A DNA stretch of 62,641 bases from Sandarakinorhabdus sp. GTDB lineage: Bacteria; Pseudomonadota; Alphaproteobacteria; Sphingomonadales; Sphingomonadaceae. The stretch spans positions 1 through 62,641 of the forward strand of contig NZ_JAUMBI010000032.1 of the NCBI RefSeq assembly GCF_032115815.1, read 5' to 3'. How positions within the stretch are numbered: position 1 is the first letter of the stretch; each line of letters starts with the position of its first letter. Shown here piece by piece: positions 18,544-28,682 of the stretch. Below the pieces are notes generated by a model. It worked only from the letters and a program-made list of their open reading frames with translations. It was not told the DNA's origin and did no database searches. A program made the position numbers and the translations under genes.

Positions 18544-19962
18544 ATGCTTTCTGGTGTGAAATCGCTGGTGATGGGTGGCCGCGAGGTGTGGCCGCTGGTG
18601 GAAGGCGGCAAGGGTGTTTCCGCCACCAACCACGCCTCTTCGGGCGCATGGGCACTGGCGGGTGGCGTGGGCACGGTCTCGGCCGTCAACGCCGACAGCT
18701 ATGATGCCGACGGCAACATCATCCCGCAAATCTACCGCGCCGCCACCCGCCGCGATCGTCATGAAGAACTGGTGCAGTACGGCATCGATGGCGGCATAGC
18801 CCAGGTGCAGCGCGCCTATGAGATCGCCGCCCCGGAATTGCAGCGCGGCATCGGCGCCATCAACATCAATGTGTTGTGGGAAATGGGCGGGGCCCAGCGC
18901 ATCCTGCATGGCGTGCTGGAAGGCACGCGCGGCATGGTGAACGGCGTAACCTGCGGGGCCGGCATGCCCTACAAACTCTCCGAAATCGCTGCGCAATATG
19001 GCGTGCATTATTACCCGATCATCAGCTCGGCTCGAGCCTTCCGCGCGCTTTGGAAGCGCGCCTATTCCAAGGCGGCCGAGTGGCTGGGCGCGGTGGTGTA
19101 TGAAGACCCGTGGCTGGCCGGTGGCCACAACGGCCTGTCCAACGCCGAAGACCCGCGCGCACCCCAGGATCCATACCCGCGCGTTGCCGAGCTGCGCGCC
19201 ACCATGCGGGAACTCGGCGTGTCCGAATCAGTGCCGATCGTGATGGCCGGCGGCGTGTGGCGGCTGGACGAATGGGCCAACTGGTTCGACAATCCCGAAT
19301 TGGGCCAGGTGGTGTTCCAATTCGGCACGCGGCCGCTGCTGACGCAGGAAAGTCCGATTCCGCAGGCGTGGAAAGAGCGCCTGCTGCATCTGAACGAAGG
19401 CGATATCCTGCTGCACAAGTTTTCGCCGACCGGATTCTATTCGTCGGCCATCCGCAATCCTTACCTGCGCGCGCTGGAAACGCGCAGCGAGCGGCAAATC
19501 GCCTTTTCCACCACCGCAACCGGTGATCACCAGTTTGCGCTGGATGTCGGCGTCGGCAGCAAACGCTTTTTCGTGACCGGCGGCGATCTGCTGCACGCGC
19601 GCGAATGGCATGGCGCGGGCTTTACCGAAGCGCTGAAAACCCCGGACAACACACTGGTGTTCGTGACCCCGTCCGACCGCGCCACCATCCGCAAGGATCA
19701 GGCCGATTGCATGGGCTGTCTGTCGCACTGCGGCTTTTCGGCGTGGAAGGATACGGATAGCAACAGCACCGGGCGTCTCGCCGATCCGCGCAGCTTCTGC
19801 ATCCAGAAAACACTGCAGGATATCGCCCATGGCGGTGATCCCGAACAGAATCTGGCCTTTGCCGGCCACAGCGCTTACCGCTTCGCCAGCGACCCTTGGT
19901 ATTCGAACGGCTTCATCCCGACGGTGAAGCAACTGGTGGACCGGATTCTCACGGGGGCTTGA
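18544..19962 (+). CDS. Nitronate monooxygenase/FabK-superfamily flavoprotein, FabX-like with Cys cluster
   Basis: PLVEGGKGV, VTCGAGMP, EDPWLAGGHNG, QFGTR, CMGCLSHC...FCI, FAGHSA. Confidence 0.8.
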   Translation: MLSGVKSLVMGGREVWPLVEGGKGVSATNHASSGAWALAGGVGTVSAVNADSYDADGNIIPQIYRAATRRDRHEELVQYGIDGGIAQVQRAYEIAAPELQRGIGAININVLWEMGGAQRILHGVLEGTRGMVNGVTCGAGMPYKLSEIAAQYGVHYYPIISSARAFRALWKRAYSKAAEWLGAVVYEDPWLAGGHNGLSNAEDPRAPQDPYPRVAELRATMRELGVSESVPIVMAGGVWRLDEWANWFDNPELGQVVFQFGTRPLLTQESPIPQAWKERLLHLNEGDILLHKFSPTGFYSSAIRNPYLRALETRSERQIAFSTTATGDHQFALDVGVGSKRFFVTGGDLLHAREWHGAGFTEALKTPDNTLVFVTPSDRATIRKDQADCMGCLSHCGFSAWKDTDSNSTGRLADPRSFCIQKTLQDIAHGGDPEQNLAFAGHSAYRFASDPWYSNGFIPTVKQLVDRILTGA

Positions 19963-19979
19963 GGTTCAGGCAGAAGTGA

Positions 19980-20022
19980 GGCCTCCGGCGGGCAGGGTCG
20001 CAGACCCTGCCCGCCGGAGGCC
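19980..20022. repeat. Perfect 20-bp hairpin, REP-like family B, probably also a terminator between convergent genes
   Basis: GGCCTCCGGCGGGCAGGGTC-GCA-GACCCTGCCCGCCGGAGGCC. Confidence 0.85.
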
Positions 20023-20033
20023 CCTTTCCTTCC

Positions 20034-21041
20034 TCAGATGTCGACGCAGATCTTGCCGAAATGCTTGCCCGATTCCTGGTGGCGGAACGCCGCGCCCAGT
20101 TCGGCCAGCGGGAAGTGCGAATCGATCACCGGGCGGATGCCGTTCTGGTTGATGGCGCGGATCATGTCCTGCTGCTGGCGGCGCGTGCCGACGGTGATGC
20201 CGATCAGGCGGATCTGTTTCGCCATCAACTGCACGGTGGAAACCGGCCCGGCATAGCCGGCGAGCACGCCGATCAGGCTGATATGGCCGCCCACGGCGCA
20301 GGCGGTGATCGATTCGGGCATGGTGCCTGCCCCGCCGATCTCGACGATATGATCCACGCCGCGGCCCTGGGTGAGCTTCATGGCTTCCGCGCCCCAGCCG
20401 GGGGTGGATTTGTAGTTGATCAGGTGATCGGCGCCCATCGCCGCCAAGCGGCCGAGCTTTTCGTCGCTTGAGCTGGTGGCGATCACAGTGGCGCCCATCG
20501 CCTTGGCAAATTGCAGCGCAAAGATGGAAACGCCGCCGGTGCCCTGCACCAGCACGACATCGCCGGCCTTCAGATTGCCTTCCGGTACCAGCGCCCGCCA
20601 GGCGGTGAGGCCGGCGCAGGTGAGGGTGGCGGATTCGGCATGGGAATAGCCGAACGGCGCGTGGGTGAAGCTGGTGGCCGGCGCGACCACTTCTTCCACC
20701 GCATAGCCATCGGCGCCATCGCCCGGCACGCCGGCAAAGCCCGCCATGTTGGGCTTGCCGTCGAGCCAGGTCGGGAAGAAGGTGGAGACCACCATGTCGC
20801 CGGGGCGGAATTCGGTGACGCCATCGCCCACGGCCAGCACTTCGCCGGCGCCATCGCTCATCGGGATGCGGCCATCGGGAGTGGGGATGCCGCCCACCAC
20901 GACGATATAATCGTGATAATTCAGGCTTGATGCGCGCAGCCGCACCTTGATCTGGCCGGGACCGGGTGCGCCGGGTTCGGCCATGTCTTCATGGCGCAGA
21001 TTGTCGATCCCGGCGGGGTGGCGGAGGCGGATGGCTTTCAT
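20034..21041 (-). CDS. NAD(P)-dependent medium-chain alcohol dehydrogenase-family oxidoreductase
   Basis: SSLNYHD, PMSDGAGEV, TCAGLTAW, QGTGGVS, HFGKI. Confidence 0.9.
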   Translation of the reverse strand: MKAIRLRHPAGIDNLRHEDMAEPGAPGPGQIKVRLRASSLNYHDYIVVVGGIPTPDGRIPMSDGAGEVLAVGDGVTEFRPGDMVVSTFFPTWLDGKPNMAGFAGVPGDGADGYAVEEVVAPATSFTHAPFGYSHAESATLTCAGLTAWRALVPEGNLKAGDVVLVQGTGGVSIFALQFAKAMGATVIATSSSDEKLGRLAAMGADHLINYKSTPGWGAEAMKLTQGRGVDHIVEIGGAGTMPESITACAVGGHISLIGVLAGYAGPVSTVQLMAKQIRLIGITVGTRRQQQDMIRAINQNGIRPVIDSHFPLAELGAAFRHQESGKHFGKICVDI

Positions 21042-21092
21042 TGGGCAGGCTCCCTTGGTTGCGGGCAGCCTAGCGCGGCAGGAGCGATTGGC

Positions 21093-21116
21093 TTCCCTCC
21101 CGCTTGCGGGAGGGAA
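21093..21116. repeat. Short REP-like palindrome (family C)
   Basis: TTCCCTCCCGC-TT-GCGGGAGGGAA. Confidence 0.65.
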
Positions 21117-21122
21117 AGAGCG

Positions 21123-22118
21123 TCAGACCCAGCCTTCGAGAACAATATCCGGCGGCCGATGCCCATCCACCCACACGCGAATGTTGGCGATCACCTTTTC
21201 GCCCATCGCCTGCCGCCCTTCGAAGGTGGCGCTGCCCATGTGGGGCAGCAGCACCACATTGGTCATCGCCAGCAGACGCGGATCGACCGCCGGTTCATGT
21301 TCGAACACGTCCAGCCCGGCCCCTGCGATCTGCCCGGCGGCCAGCGCTTCGGACAGCGCATTTTCGTCCACGATCTCGCCGCGCGCCGCGTTGATCAGAT
21401 AGGCGCTCTTCTGCATCAGGCCAAAGCGGCGCGCGTCGATCAGATGGTGCGTGTCAGGCGTGTGCGGGCAGTTGATGGTGATGATGTCCACCCGCGCCAG
21501 CATGGCATCAAGATCGGCCCACCAGGTCGCTTCCATTTCCGCCTCCACACTGGCCGGCAGGCGGTGGCGGTTGTGGTAATGCACGGTCAGGCCGAAGGCG
21601 CGGGCACGGCGGGCGACGGCGCTGCCGATGCGGCCCATGCCGATGATGCCCAGCCGCTTGCCGGTAATGCGGTGGCCCAGCATGCCGGTGGGAGACCAGC
21701 CGGCCCATTCGCCGGCGCGCACCAGTTTTTCACCAGCGCCCAACCGGCGCGGCACCGCGAGGATCAGCGCCATCACCATGTCGGCGGTGTCGTCGGTCAG
21801 CACGCCGGGCGTGTTGGTCACCGTCACCTTGGCCGCGTGGGCAGCATGCAGATCGATGTGATCGACACCCACGCCAAAATTGGCGCACAGCTTCAGCCGG
21901 CCTGCCTCGGCCGCCGCCGCAAACACCGCCGCATCAACATGATCCGTCACGGTGGGCACCAGCACGTCGCAGTTGCGCGCCGCCGTGCAGAGCTGTTCCT
22001 GCGTGAATGGGGTATCGGTGAGATTCAACTCGACATCGAACAATTCGGCCATTCGGGTTTCCACGGCCTGCGGCAGGCGGCGGGTGACGATGACCTTGGG
22101 GCGGGGCTTGTTGGGCAT
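21123..22118 (-). CDS. D-glycerate/glyoxylate reductase (D-2-hydroxyacid dehydrogenase)
   Basis: VTNTPGVLT, GMGRIG, INAARG, GLDVFEHEP, LPHMGSAT; start trimmed to MPNKP. Confidence 0.92.
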   Translation of the reverse strand: MPNKPRPKVIVTRRLPQAVETRMAELFDVELNLTDTPFTQEQLCTAARNCDVLVPTVTDHVDAAVFAAAAEAGRLKLCANFGVGVDHIDLHAAHAAKVTVTNTPGVLTDDTADMVMALILAVPRRLGAGEKLVRAGEWAGWSPTGMLGHRITGKRLGIIGMGRIGSAVARRARAFGLTVHYHNRHRLPASVEAEMEATWWADLDAMLARVDIITINCPHTPDTHHLIDARRFGLMQKSAYLINAARGEIVDENALSEALAAGQIAGAGLDVFEHEPAVDPRLLAMTNVVLLPHMGSATFEGRQAMGEKVIANIRVWVDGHRPPDIVLEGWV

Positions 22119-22194
22119 GAACGGGTCCGAATTCAGGTTCGCAGCGATGGGCAAGGCTTGCGCGGCAACGGCCAAACGGTCAAGAGGAAGGCCC

Positions 22195-22686
22195 ATGAAG
22201 ACCGCCCTGCTCCTGTCAATTGCGCTCATCGCGAGCCCGGTGTTCGCCGCCGAATTCGCCGATGGCACCACCGATTTGCCAAAACCACGCTTTGTCTCGA
22301 TCAAGGGCGGCAGCGCCATGATGCGATCTGGCCCGGGCGAGCGTTTTCCCATCCTGTGGGAATACAAGCGCCCCGGCCTGCCGATGGAAATCCTCAAGGA
22401 ATATGAGATCTGGCGGCAGGTGCGCGATCCCGATGGCACCATCGGCTGGATGAACAAGGCGCTGCTCACCGGGCAGCGCACCGGCATGGTGCGGGATCAG
22501 CAGCGCTTGCTCTACGTCGCGCCCGACATGAAGAGCCGCATCGCCTGGCGGATCGCACCAGGCGCGGTGGTGAACATCACCCTGTGCGAGGATATCTGGT
22601 GCCGGGTGAGCAAGGATGGCAAATCCGGTTACATCCTGCGCGGCCAGATGTGGGGCACTTACGCGCGCGAGAAGATCGAAGGCTAA
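22195..22686 (+). CDS. Bacterial SH3 domain-containing secreted protein
   Basis: GAGG RBS, signal peptide, PRFVS...MRSGPG...WRQVRDPDGTIGW, second repeat C..WC. Confidence 0.88.
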   Translation: MKTALLLSIALIASPVFAAEFADGTTDLPKPRFVSIKGGSAMMRSGPGERFPILWEYKRPGLPMEILKEYEIWRQVRDPDGTIGWMNKALLTGQRTGMVRDQQRLLYVAPDMKSRIAWRIAPGAVVNITLCEDIWCRVSKDGKSGYILRGQMWGTYAREKIEG

Positions 22687-24053
22687 AGCTTCCCGCCGCC
22701 GCGCACGAACAGCAGCAGCGCCAACCCCACCGCCAGCAGGCCGATCACCGGCACGAAGCCGGCCGCCTGGCTGCCGCCGATGCGAGTCGCCTGCTCTACC
22801 AGCAGCGGCCCCAGCCACATGGTGGCGGTGCCCGACAAGGCATAAAGCCCGAAAAATGCCCCCAGCCTGTCTGGCGGCACCAGCCGGGTAAGCAGCGTGC
22901 GTGACGACGCATAGGCCGCCGTGACGGTGATGGCGAGGCCGCAACCCAGGCCCAAGAACACCAGTTCCGGCAGGGTGGTGAACATCGGCGCGTCCCAGAT
23001 TGGCGTGGCCGCAGCCGGCTGGAAAAGGATGCGATCCTGCCCCATCCCCAGCACCAGTGATTGCAAGACAATCAGCAGCAGCAGTTCCAGCATCAAGGCA
23101 TGGCGCGGCCCCAGCCAGCCATCCAGCCGCGGCGCCAGCAGGCCACCCGCCACCGCCGCACAACTGAGCACGATGCCATAGCCCAGCATCGGCAACGTGC
23201 CCCAGCCCATGGTGCCGGCCGCATAGATGCCGCCAAACAGCAGGATAGCGGTGAGACCGTCGGTAAAAATCATCCGCGCCAGCAGATAGAGCAGGGGATT
23301 GGCATTGCCGCGCACATCGCGCAGCAACCGCCACAGATCGTTGGCGCCGCCCACCAGCGCGGCGCCCAGCCGGGCACTGGTGCGCGGCATGTCGGGCACG
23401 GATCGGAACAACGGGATGCTGCCCACAAGCATCAGCGCCCCCACGATGGGCCCGGTGATGCGCGCCGGTTCGCCCAGCGCCGGATCAAGGCCCAGCAATG
23501 GGGTGGCCGGCACGAAGGCCCAATCCACCGATCCCGGCAGCGCAAAGGCCAGCAGCACGAACAGCAGCAGCCCCACGCTCATGGCATTGCCGCCGGCCAG
23601 CCCCAGCCCGCTGGCCTGCGCCACCCCGGCATGGCCGGCCGCCGGCACCAGCAGCGCATTGTGCAGCATCTCGTGTGCGGAAAACAGCCAGGTCATCACC
23701 GCGCCGGCGCCGATCACCCACATCACGCCCAGCCCGGCATGGCCGGCCGGCATCACCCACCACAGGCTGGTCGTGATCACCACCATTGCCAGCACGACCG
23801 GCGCCAGCAGCGGCTTGCGTGGCCCCAACCGGTCGATCGTGGCGCCCAGAAGCGGCATGGACAGCATCACTGCCCAGCCTCCCCATTTGCCGCCCTGTGC
23901 CACCAGCGCCTGGCCCTGCACCGGATCGCCCACCACGGCGCGCACGAACCACGGCATGAAGATGTAGATGGTGATCAGGATCACATAGGGATCACGCACC
24001 GCCTGGGCCAGCGCCCAGGCCCTTGTTGCACGCGGGGATGCGGTATCGCTCAA
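22683..24053 (-). CDS. MFS transporter (UMF1/ATG22-like)
   Basis: Multiple TM helices, LGATIDRLGPRK, ASSRTLLTRL, FFGLYALSG; TTG start overlapping the upstream TGA. Confidence 0.85.
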   Translation of the reverse strand: MSDTASPRATRAWALAQAVRDPYVILITIYIFMPWFVRAVVGDPVQGQALVAQGGKWGGWAVMLSMPLLGATIDRLGPRKPLLAPVVLAMVVITTSLWWVMPAGHAGLGVMWVIGAGAVMTWLFSAHEMLHNALLVPAAGHAGVAQASGLGLAGGNAMSVGLLLFVLLAFALPGSVDWAFVPATPLLGLDPALGEPARITGPIVGALMLVGSIPLFRSVPDMPRTSARLGAALVGGANDLWRLLRDVRGNANPLLYLLARMIFTDGLTAILLFGGIYAAGTMGWGTLPMLGYGIVLSCAAVAGGLLAPRLDGWLGPRHALMLELLLLIVLQSLVLGMGQDRILFQPAAATPIWDAPMFTTLPELVFLGLGCGLAITVTAAYASSRTLLTRLVPPDRLGAFFGLYALSGTATMWLGPLLVEQATRIGGSQAAGFVPVIGLLAVGLALLLFVRGGGKL

Positions 24054-25033
24054 CGCGTTGGCGCAGTGACAGCGACTGGTGCCGGCAGCGGCGCAGCGGC
24101 AGCAGCCTCCAGTGCCACCAGCGCGGTCTCGCCGGCCAACAGGCGATCCGCAGCCGCCAGCCAGCCACGCACCGTGGCATTGCCGCGCAGCGCCGTCGAC
24201 CGGCGCAGTGCGGCCGCCGCCGCCGCCACATTGCCGCGCGCCATCAAGCCTTGCGCCTGTGCCACCGGGCCAGCACCTTCGCTGGCGGAAAAGGTGGTTT
24301 CCACCCGCCGCATGAAGGCCTGCCACCAATCGGGCCGCGTGGAGCCCGGCCCGGCATCCGAAAGCCCGGCCAGTTGCCGTGCCAGTTGCAACCGCGTCGC
24401 CGGCGCGGCCGACAGCGCCTCCAGTGCCGCCACTTCGTCGGCATATTGCTCGCCAAACAGCCGGCGCGTGGCCGGCAGCAGCGCATCGAGCGAACGGCCA
24501 TCTTCTACTGCGCGGCGCAGCAACAGCACGGTGAGCATCGATTCAGCCCGATCGGCGGCACCCTGCGCAGCGGCGACCACGCTGGCGTCGCGGGCTTCCG
24601 TGGCCGCCAATCGTTCGGCCAGCCGGGCGAACTGGCGGTTGAGTTCATCGATGCGCTCGGCATCGCGCTGGATCTGATCGGTGCTGCTTTCCACCTTGGC
24701 TTCGGTGCGGGCCAGCCGCTCCGATGGCACCACCGGCGCCGCCCCCCGGGCGCGTTCCAGCGCCGCCAGCCGCTTTTCCAACGCATCGGCCTCGCCACTG
24801 CTTGCCGCCACCACGAACGGCAGCCGGCCGCGCACCGCCTGTTCGAACCACGGGTTGGCAATCAGCCCGGCAGCAAAGGCGAACAGGGCCGCCGCAATCG
24901 CCCAGGCAAAACCGCCGCGCCGCGCAGTCTGCTGCGCGCGCGCCGGCCCCGGCGCCATCAGCCGGGCGCGCAGCCGTTCGGTGGCGGCCAAGCTCGATTC
25001 CCCGATGTCGCTGCGGTCGAAAGGATCGTTCAT
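24050..25033 (-). CDS. Single-TM coiled-coil membrane protein, probable Mic60/mitofilin-like (COG4223)
   Basis: N-terminal TM, coiled coil, LRRAVEDGRS and GWLAAA segments; lies directly behind hemC-hemD. Confidence 0.6.
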   Translation of the reverse strand: MNDPFDRSDIGESSLAATERLRARLMAPGPARAQQTARRGGFAWAIAAALFAFAAGLIANPWFEQAVRGRLPFVVAASSGEADALEKRLAALERARGAAPVVPSERLARTEAKVESSTDQIQRDAERIDELNRQFARLAERLAATEARDASVVAAAQGAADRAESMLTVLLLRRAVEDGRSLDALLPATRRLFGEQYADEVAALEALSAAPATRLQLARQLAGLSDAGPGSTRPDWWQAFMRRVETTFSASEGAGPVAQAQGLMARGNVAAAAAALRRSTALRGNATVRGWLAAADRLLAGETALVALEAAAAAPLPAPVAVTAPTR

Positions 25034-25042
25034 GGCGCCTTC

Positions 25043-25690
25043 CTACAAGGCTTTGGGCAGCATCGCCAGCAGGGCCACATCGTTCGGCTTCGGCGCGGCG
25101 ACGGCGCTGCCCCAGCCGCCGCCCGCCGCTGCCAGCGTGGCTGGGCTGATGGCAAACAGCGCCAGCGCTGCGCGCCGGCCACCAAGCCGATCCCATTCCG
25201 CTGCAAACTGGCCGGCCGTGCGCGGTGAGTGCAGCAGCACGGCTGCAATATCGGGCAAGGCCGGCAACGGCTGCAGCGGCGTTTCATAGACGGCGATGCG
25301 GGTGAGGCACAGGCCGGGCGGCACCACCACTGCCGTCACATCAGCGCCGGCCAGATGCAGATACTGCCCAGCCGCAAGACCATCGAGCAGTGCCTGCATC
25401 GTTCCCGGCCCGGTGCTGACATCGATCCAACCTGCCGCACGCGCAGCCCTGGCAGTTGCTTCCCCCACCGCATGGGCGGACACCGCCTTTAGTGCATCGG
25501 CCTGCGCGCCGGCATGACGCACCGCCGCCGCGCTCGACAATATCACGGCATCGGGCAGCGCTGTTGGCACCACCCACGGAAGGGGGCGCGTTTCCAGTAG
25601 CGACTGCACCACCGCTTCATGCCCCAGCGCCGCCAGCCGGGCGGCAGTCGCGTCCGCACCCGGCTGCGGGCGGACAACCAGGATGCGCAT
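25043..25690 (-). CDS. hemD: Uroporphyrinogen-III synthase
   Basis: MRILVVRPQPG, AVGEATA, VYET, LLHSPRTA. Confidence 0.9.
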   Translation of the reverse strand: MRILVVRPQPGADATAARLAALGHEAVVQSLLETRPLPWVVPTALPDAVILSSAAAVRHAGAQADALKAVSAHAVGEATARAARAAGWIDVSTGPGTMQALLDGLAAGQYLHLAGADVTAVVVPPGLCLTRIAVYETPLQPLPALPDIAAVLLHSPRTAGQFAAEWDRLGGRRAALALFAISPATLAAAGGGWGSAVAAPKPNDVALLAMLPKAL

Positions 25691-26601
25691 CAGGCGGTGA
25701 ACAGCCCGCGCACCGCCGGCCCGGCGCGGCCAAGCAATTCGGCAGCCAGTTCGGCTACCCGCTCGTGCGCTTCGTGCAGCGATGCGTTGAAGCCGCCCTC
25801 CTGGCACTCGCTGCCGTCTTCGGCGAGGATCTGGCCGCGGAACGTGACGCCTTCGCCTTCCAGCCGGGCCAGCGCCGCCACCGGCGAATGGCAGGTGCCG
25901 CCCAGTGCCGCCAGAAAGGCGCGTTCGATGCTCACACACTGGAAGGTGGGCAGGTGGTTGATCGGTTCCAACCGCGCCAGCGTCGCTTCATCGCCGTCGC
26001 GGGCGGTGATGCCCACGGCGCCCTGCGCACTGGCAGGGAGCATCTCGTCGAGCTCGATGAGGCTGCCGACCGTCTGACCCAGCCGGTCGAGGCCGGCGGC
26101 GGCCAGCAGTGTGGCATCGATAACGCCCGCTTCAACCTGGGCCAGCCGGCGCGCAACGTTACCGCGCAGGATTTCGGTCACCAGATCCGGCCGCTTCGCC
26201 TTCAACTGCGCCGCCCGGCGCGGGCTTGAGGTGCCGATGCGCGCACCCTGCGGCAGAGCAGAAATGCTCGTCGCCCCGATCAAGCGCTCCCGCACATCAG
26301 CGCGCGGCAGCATGGCGGCGAGCGCGATACCGTCTTTCAGCAGGGTTTCGACGTCCTTCATCGAATGCACGCCGATATCGATTCGGCCGTCCATCAGGGC
26401 GGCGTCCAGCTCCTTGGTCCACAGCGCCTTGCCGCCGATTTCGGCCAGCGCCCGGTCCTGCACCTTGTCGCCGGTGGTGTGGATGATGATGATTTCCACA
26501 TCGGCCTCGCCCCAGCCGTGGGCGGCCTTCAGGGCGTCAGCCGTCATGTTGGCTTGCGCCAATGCAAGCGGGGAACCACGGGTGCCAATCTTGAAGCTCA
26601 T
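25690..26601 (-). CDS. hemC: Hydroxymethylbilane synthase
   Basis: IGTRGSPLALAQ, GGKALWTKELD, VHSMKD, GTSSPRR, LGGTCHSP; alternative start at 26613. Confidence 0.96.
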   Translation of the reverse strand: MSFKIGTRGSPLALAQANMTADALKAAHGWGEADVEIIIIHTTGDKVQDRALAEIGGKALWTKELDAALMDGRIDIGVHSMKDVETLLKDGIALAAMLPRADVRERLIGATSISALPQGARIGTSSPRRAAQLKAKRPDLVTEILRGNVARRLAQVEAGVIDATLLAAAGLDRLGQTVGSLIELDEMLPASAQGAVGITARDGDEATLARLEPINHLPTFQCVSIERAFLAALGGTCHSPVAALARLEGEGVTFRGQILAEDGSECQEGGFNASLHEAHERVAELAAELLGRAGPAVRGLFTA

Positions 26602-26658
26602 GACCGCAGCCATGGCGCGACGGTTGCGGATTGGCAAGACTGGCCCTAGGTCAACCAC

Positions 26659-27708
26659 GTGAACAATTCGCTCGTTCTTGGCATCGAATCCAGCTGCGAT
26701 GAAACCGCGGTGGCCCTGGTGCGCGGTGATCGTACCATCCTGGCCCAGCGCATCGCCAGCCAGAACGAAGCCCATGAACGGTTCGGCGGCGTGGTGCCCG
26801 AACTCGCTGCCCGCGCCCATGCCGACCGGCTGGCGCCGATGGTGGAGACAGTATTGGTCGAAGCCGGCATCGCACTTGCAGACGTGGACGCTATCGCCGG
26901 CACCGCCGGGCCAGGCCTGATCGGCGGCGTGATGGTCGGGCTGGTCACCGCCAAGGCACTGGCCTTTGCCGCGGGCAAACCGCTGATCGCCGTCAATCAC
27001 CTCGAAGGCCACGCGCTCAGCCCACGGCTGGCCGACGCGCGCCTGCAATTCCCCTATCTGCTGCTGCTGGTGTCGGGTGGCCATTGCCAGTTGCTCGGCG
27101 TCGAAGGTGTTGGCCGCTATCGGCGGTTGGCCACGACCATCGACGATGCGGTGGGCGAAGCTTTCGACAAGTCCGCCAAGGTACTGGACCTGGGCTTTCC
27201 CGGCGGCCCGGCGCTGGAACGGGCGGCCAAAAACGGCACGCCGCGCTTTGCCCTGCCGCGCCCGCTGGTGGGCAGTGACGAACCGCATTTCTCCTTCGCC
27301 GGCCTGAAATCCGCCGTGCTGCGCGCCCGCGCCGCCATTGCGGAACCGACAGGGCAGGACATCGCCGATCTCGCCGCCAGCTTCCAGCAAGCCGCCTGCG
27401 ATTGCCTGACCGACCGCACGGCGCGCGCCATCGCCGCCTTTCCGGAAGCCACCGCGCTGGTGGTCGCCGGCGGGGTCGCCGCCAATCAGGCCATTCGCAC
27501 GGCACTGGCCAGTCTTGCCGCCACCCATGGCCTGCCCTTCGTCGCCCCGCCAATGTGGCTGTGCACCGACAATGGCGCGATGATCGCCTGGGCCGGGCTG
27601 GAGCGACTCAGGACGGGCGACGTGGACGATCTTCACGCCCCCGCCCGCCCGCGCTGGCCGCTGGATCCCAGTGCCGAAACCGTGCGCGGGGCGGGGGTGA
27701 AGGCGTGA
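26659..27708 (+). CDS. tsaD: t6A37 threonylcarbamoyltransferase TsaD
   Basis: [44 protein letters not shown]. Confidence 0.97.
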   Translation: MNNSLVLGIESSCDETAVALVRGDRTILAQRIASQNEAHERFGGVVPELAARAHADRLAPMVETVLVEAGIALADVDAIAGTAGPGLIGGVMVGLVTAKALAFAAGKPLIAVNHLEGHALSPRLADARLQFPYLLLLVSGGHCQLLGVEGVGRYRRLATTIDDAVGEAFDKSAKVLDLGFPGGPALERAAKNGTPRFALPRPLVGSDEPHFSFAGLKSAVLRARAAIAEPTGQDIADLAASFQQAACDCLTDRTARAIAAFPEATALVVAGGVAANQAIRTALASLAATHGLPFVAPPMWLCTDNGAMIAWAGLERLRTGDVDDLHAPARPRWPLDPSAETVRGAGVKA

Positions 27709-28673
27709 CCACATTCGGCGTGATCGGTGCCGGCGCCTGGGGCACGGCACTGGCCAGCACCTTGGCCGGCAATAGCCCGGTGACACTGTGGGCGCGCGAA
27801 GCTGATGTCGTCTCCGCGATCAACACGTCTCGCGAAAACCCGGTCTTCCTGCCCGGCATCAAGCTGCCCGCCGGCATCACGGCGACCACCAACCTCTCCG
27901 ACATGGCCGGCTGCGACATCATCCTTCTCGTCGTCCCCGCTCAGCATCTGCGCGCCGTCCTCAGCCAAGCCGCCATCCCCGCCGCCACGCCGCTGGTGCT
28001 GTGCGCCAAGGGCATCGAGGCCGGCAGCCATGACCTGATGGTGGAGGTGGCCCGCGATCTCGTGCCCAACCCGATCGCCGTGCTTTCCGGCCCAAGTTTC
28101 GCGGCCGAAGTCGCCAAGGGCCTGCCCTGCGCCATCACGCTGGCCTGCTCTGACAGCGCGCTGGGCGAACGGCTGGTGGCCGCCATGGCCCGTCCGACGT
28201 TCCGGCTTTACCAATCCGACGACGTGGTGGGGGCCGAGATCGGCGGCGCGGTGAAGAACGTGCTCGCCATCGCCTGCGGGGTTGTGGAGGGCGCTGGCCT
28301 GGGTCTCAACGCCCGCGCAGCGCTGATTGCGCGCGGCTTTGCCGAAATGACCCGCTTTGGCATCGCCCGCGGCGCCCGCGCCGAAACACTGGCTGGCCTG
28401 TCGGGCCTGGGCGATCTCGTGCTGACCTGCAGTTCCGAAAACAGCCGGAATTTCCGCCTGGGTGTGGGCCTGGGCCAGGGCCGCGCCATCGCCGAACTGC
28501 TTGCCGGGCCCGCCGTTGCGGAAGGTGCCGCCACTGCGCCCGTGCTGGTGGAAGCCGCCCGCGCCGCCGGGGTCGAAATGCCGATCTCTGCCGCCGTGGC
28601 CGCCCTGCTTGCCGGGGCTCCCGTGCGGGAAACGATCAGCGCCCTGCTGGCGCGGCCATTGAAGGCAGAATAG
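27705..28673 (+). CDS. gpsA: NAD(P)H-dependent glycerol-3-phosphate dehydrogenase
   Basis: [39 protein letters not shown]; GTG start. Confidence 0.96.
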   Translation: MTTFGVIGAGAWGTALASTLAGNSPVTLWAREADVVSAINTSRENPVFLPGIKLPAGITATTNLSDMAGCDIILLVVPAQHLRAVLSQAAIPAATPLVLCAKGIEAGSHDLMVEVARDLVPNPIAVLSGPSFAAEVAKGLPCAITLACSDSALGERLVAAMARPTFRLYQSDDVVGAEIGGAVKNVLAIACGVVEGAGLGLNARAALIARGFAEMTRFGIARGARAETLAGLSGLGDLVLTCSSENSRNFRLGVGLGQGRAIAELLAGPAVAEGAATAPVLVEAARAAGVEMPISAAVAALLAGAPVRETISALLARPLKAE

Positions 28674-28682
28674 CGCGCAATC

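Noticed and set aside
25690-27786. Apparent 698-aa HemC with a long N-terminal extension
   Set aside because: The extension is antisense to tsaD; HemC motifs begin at about 26601.
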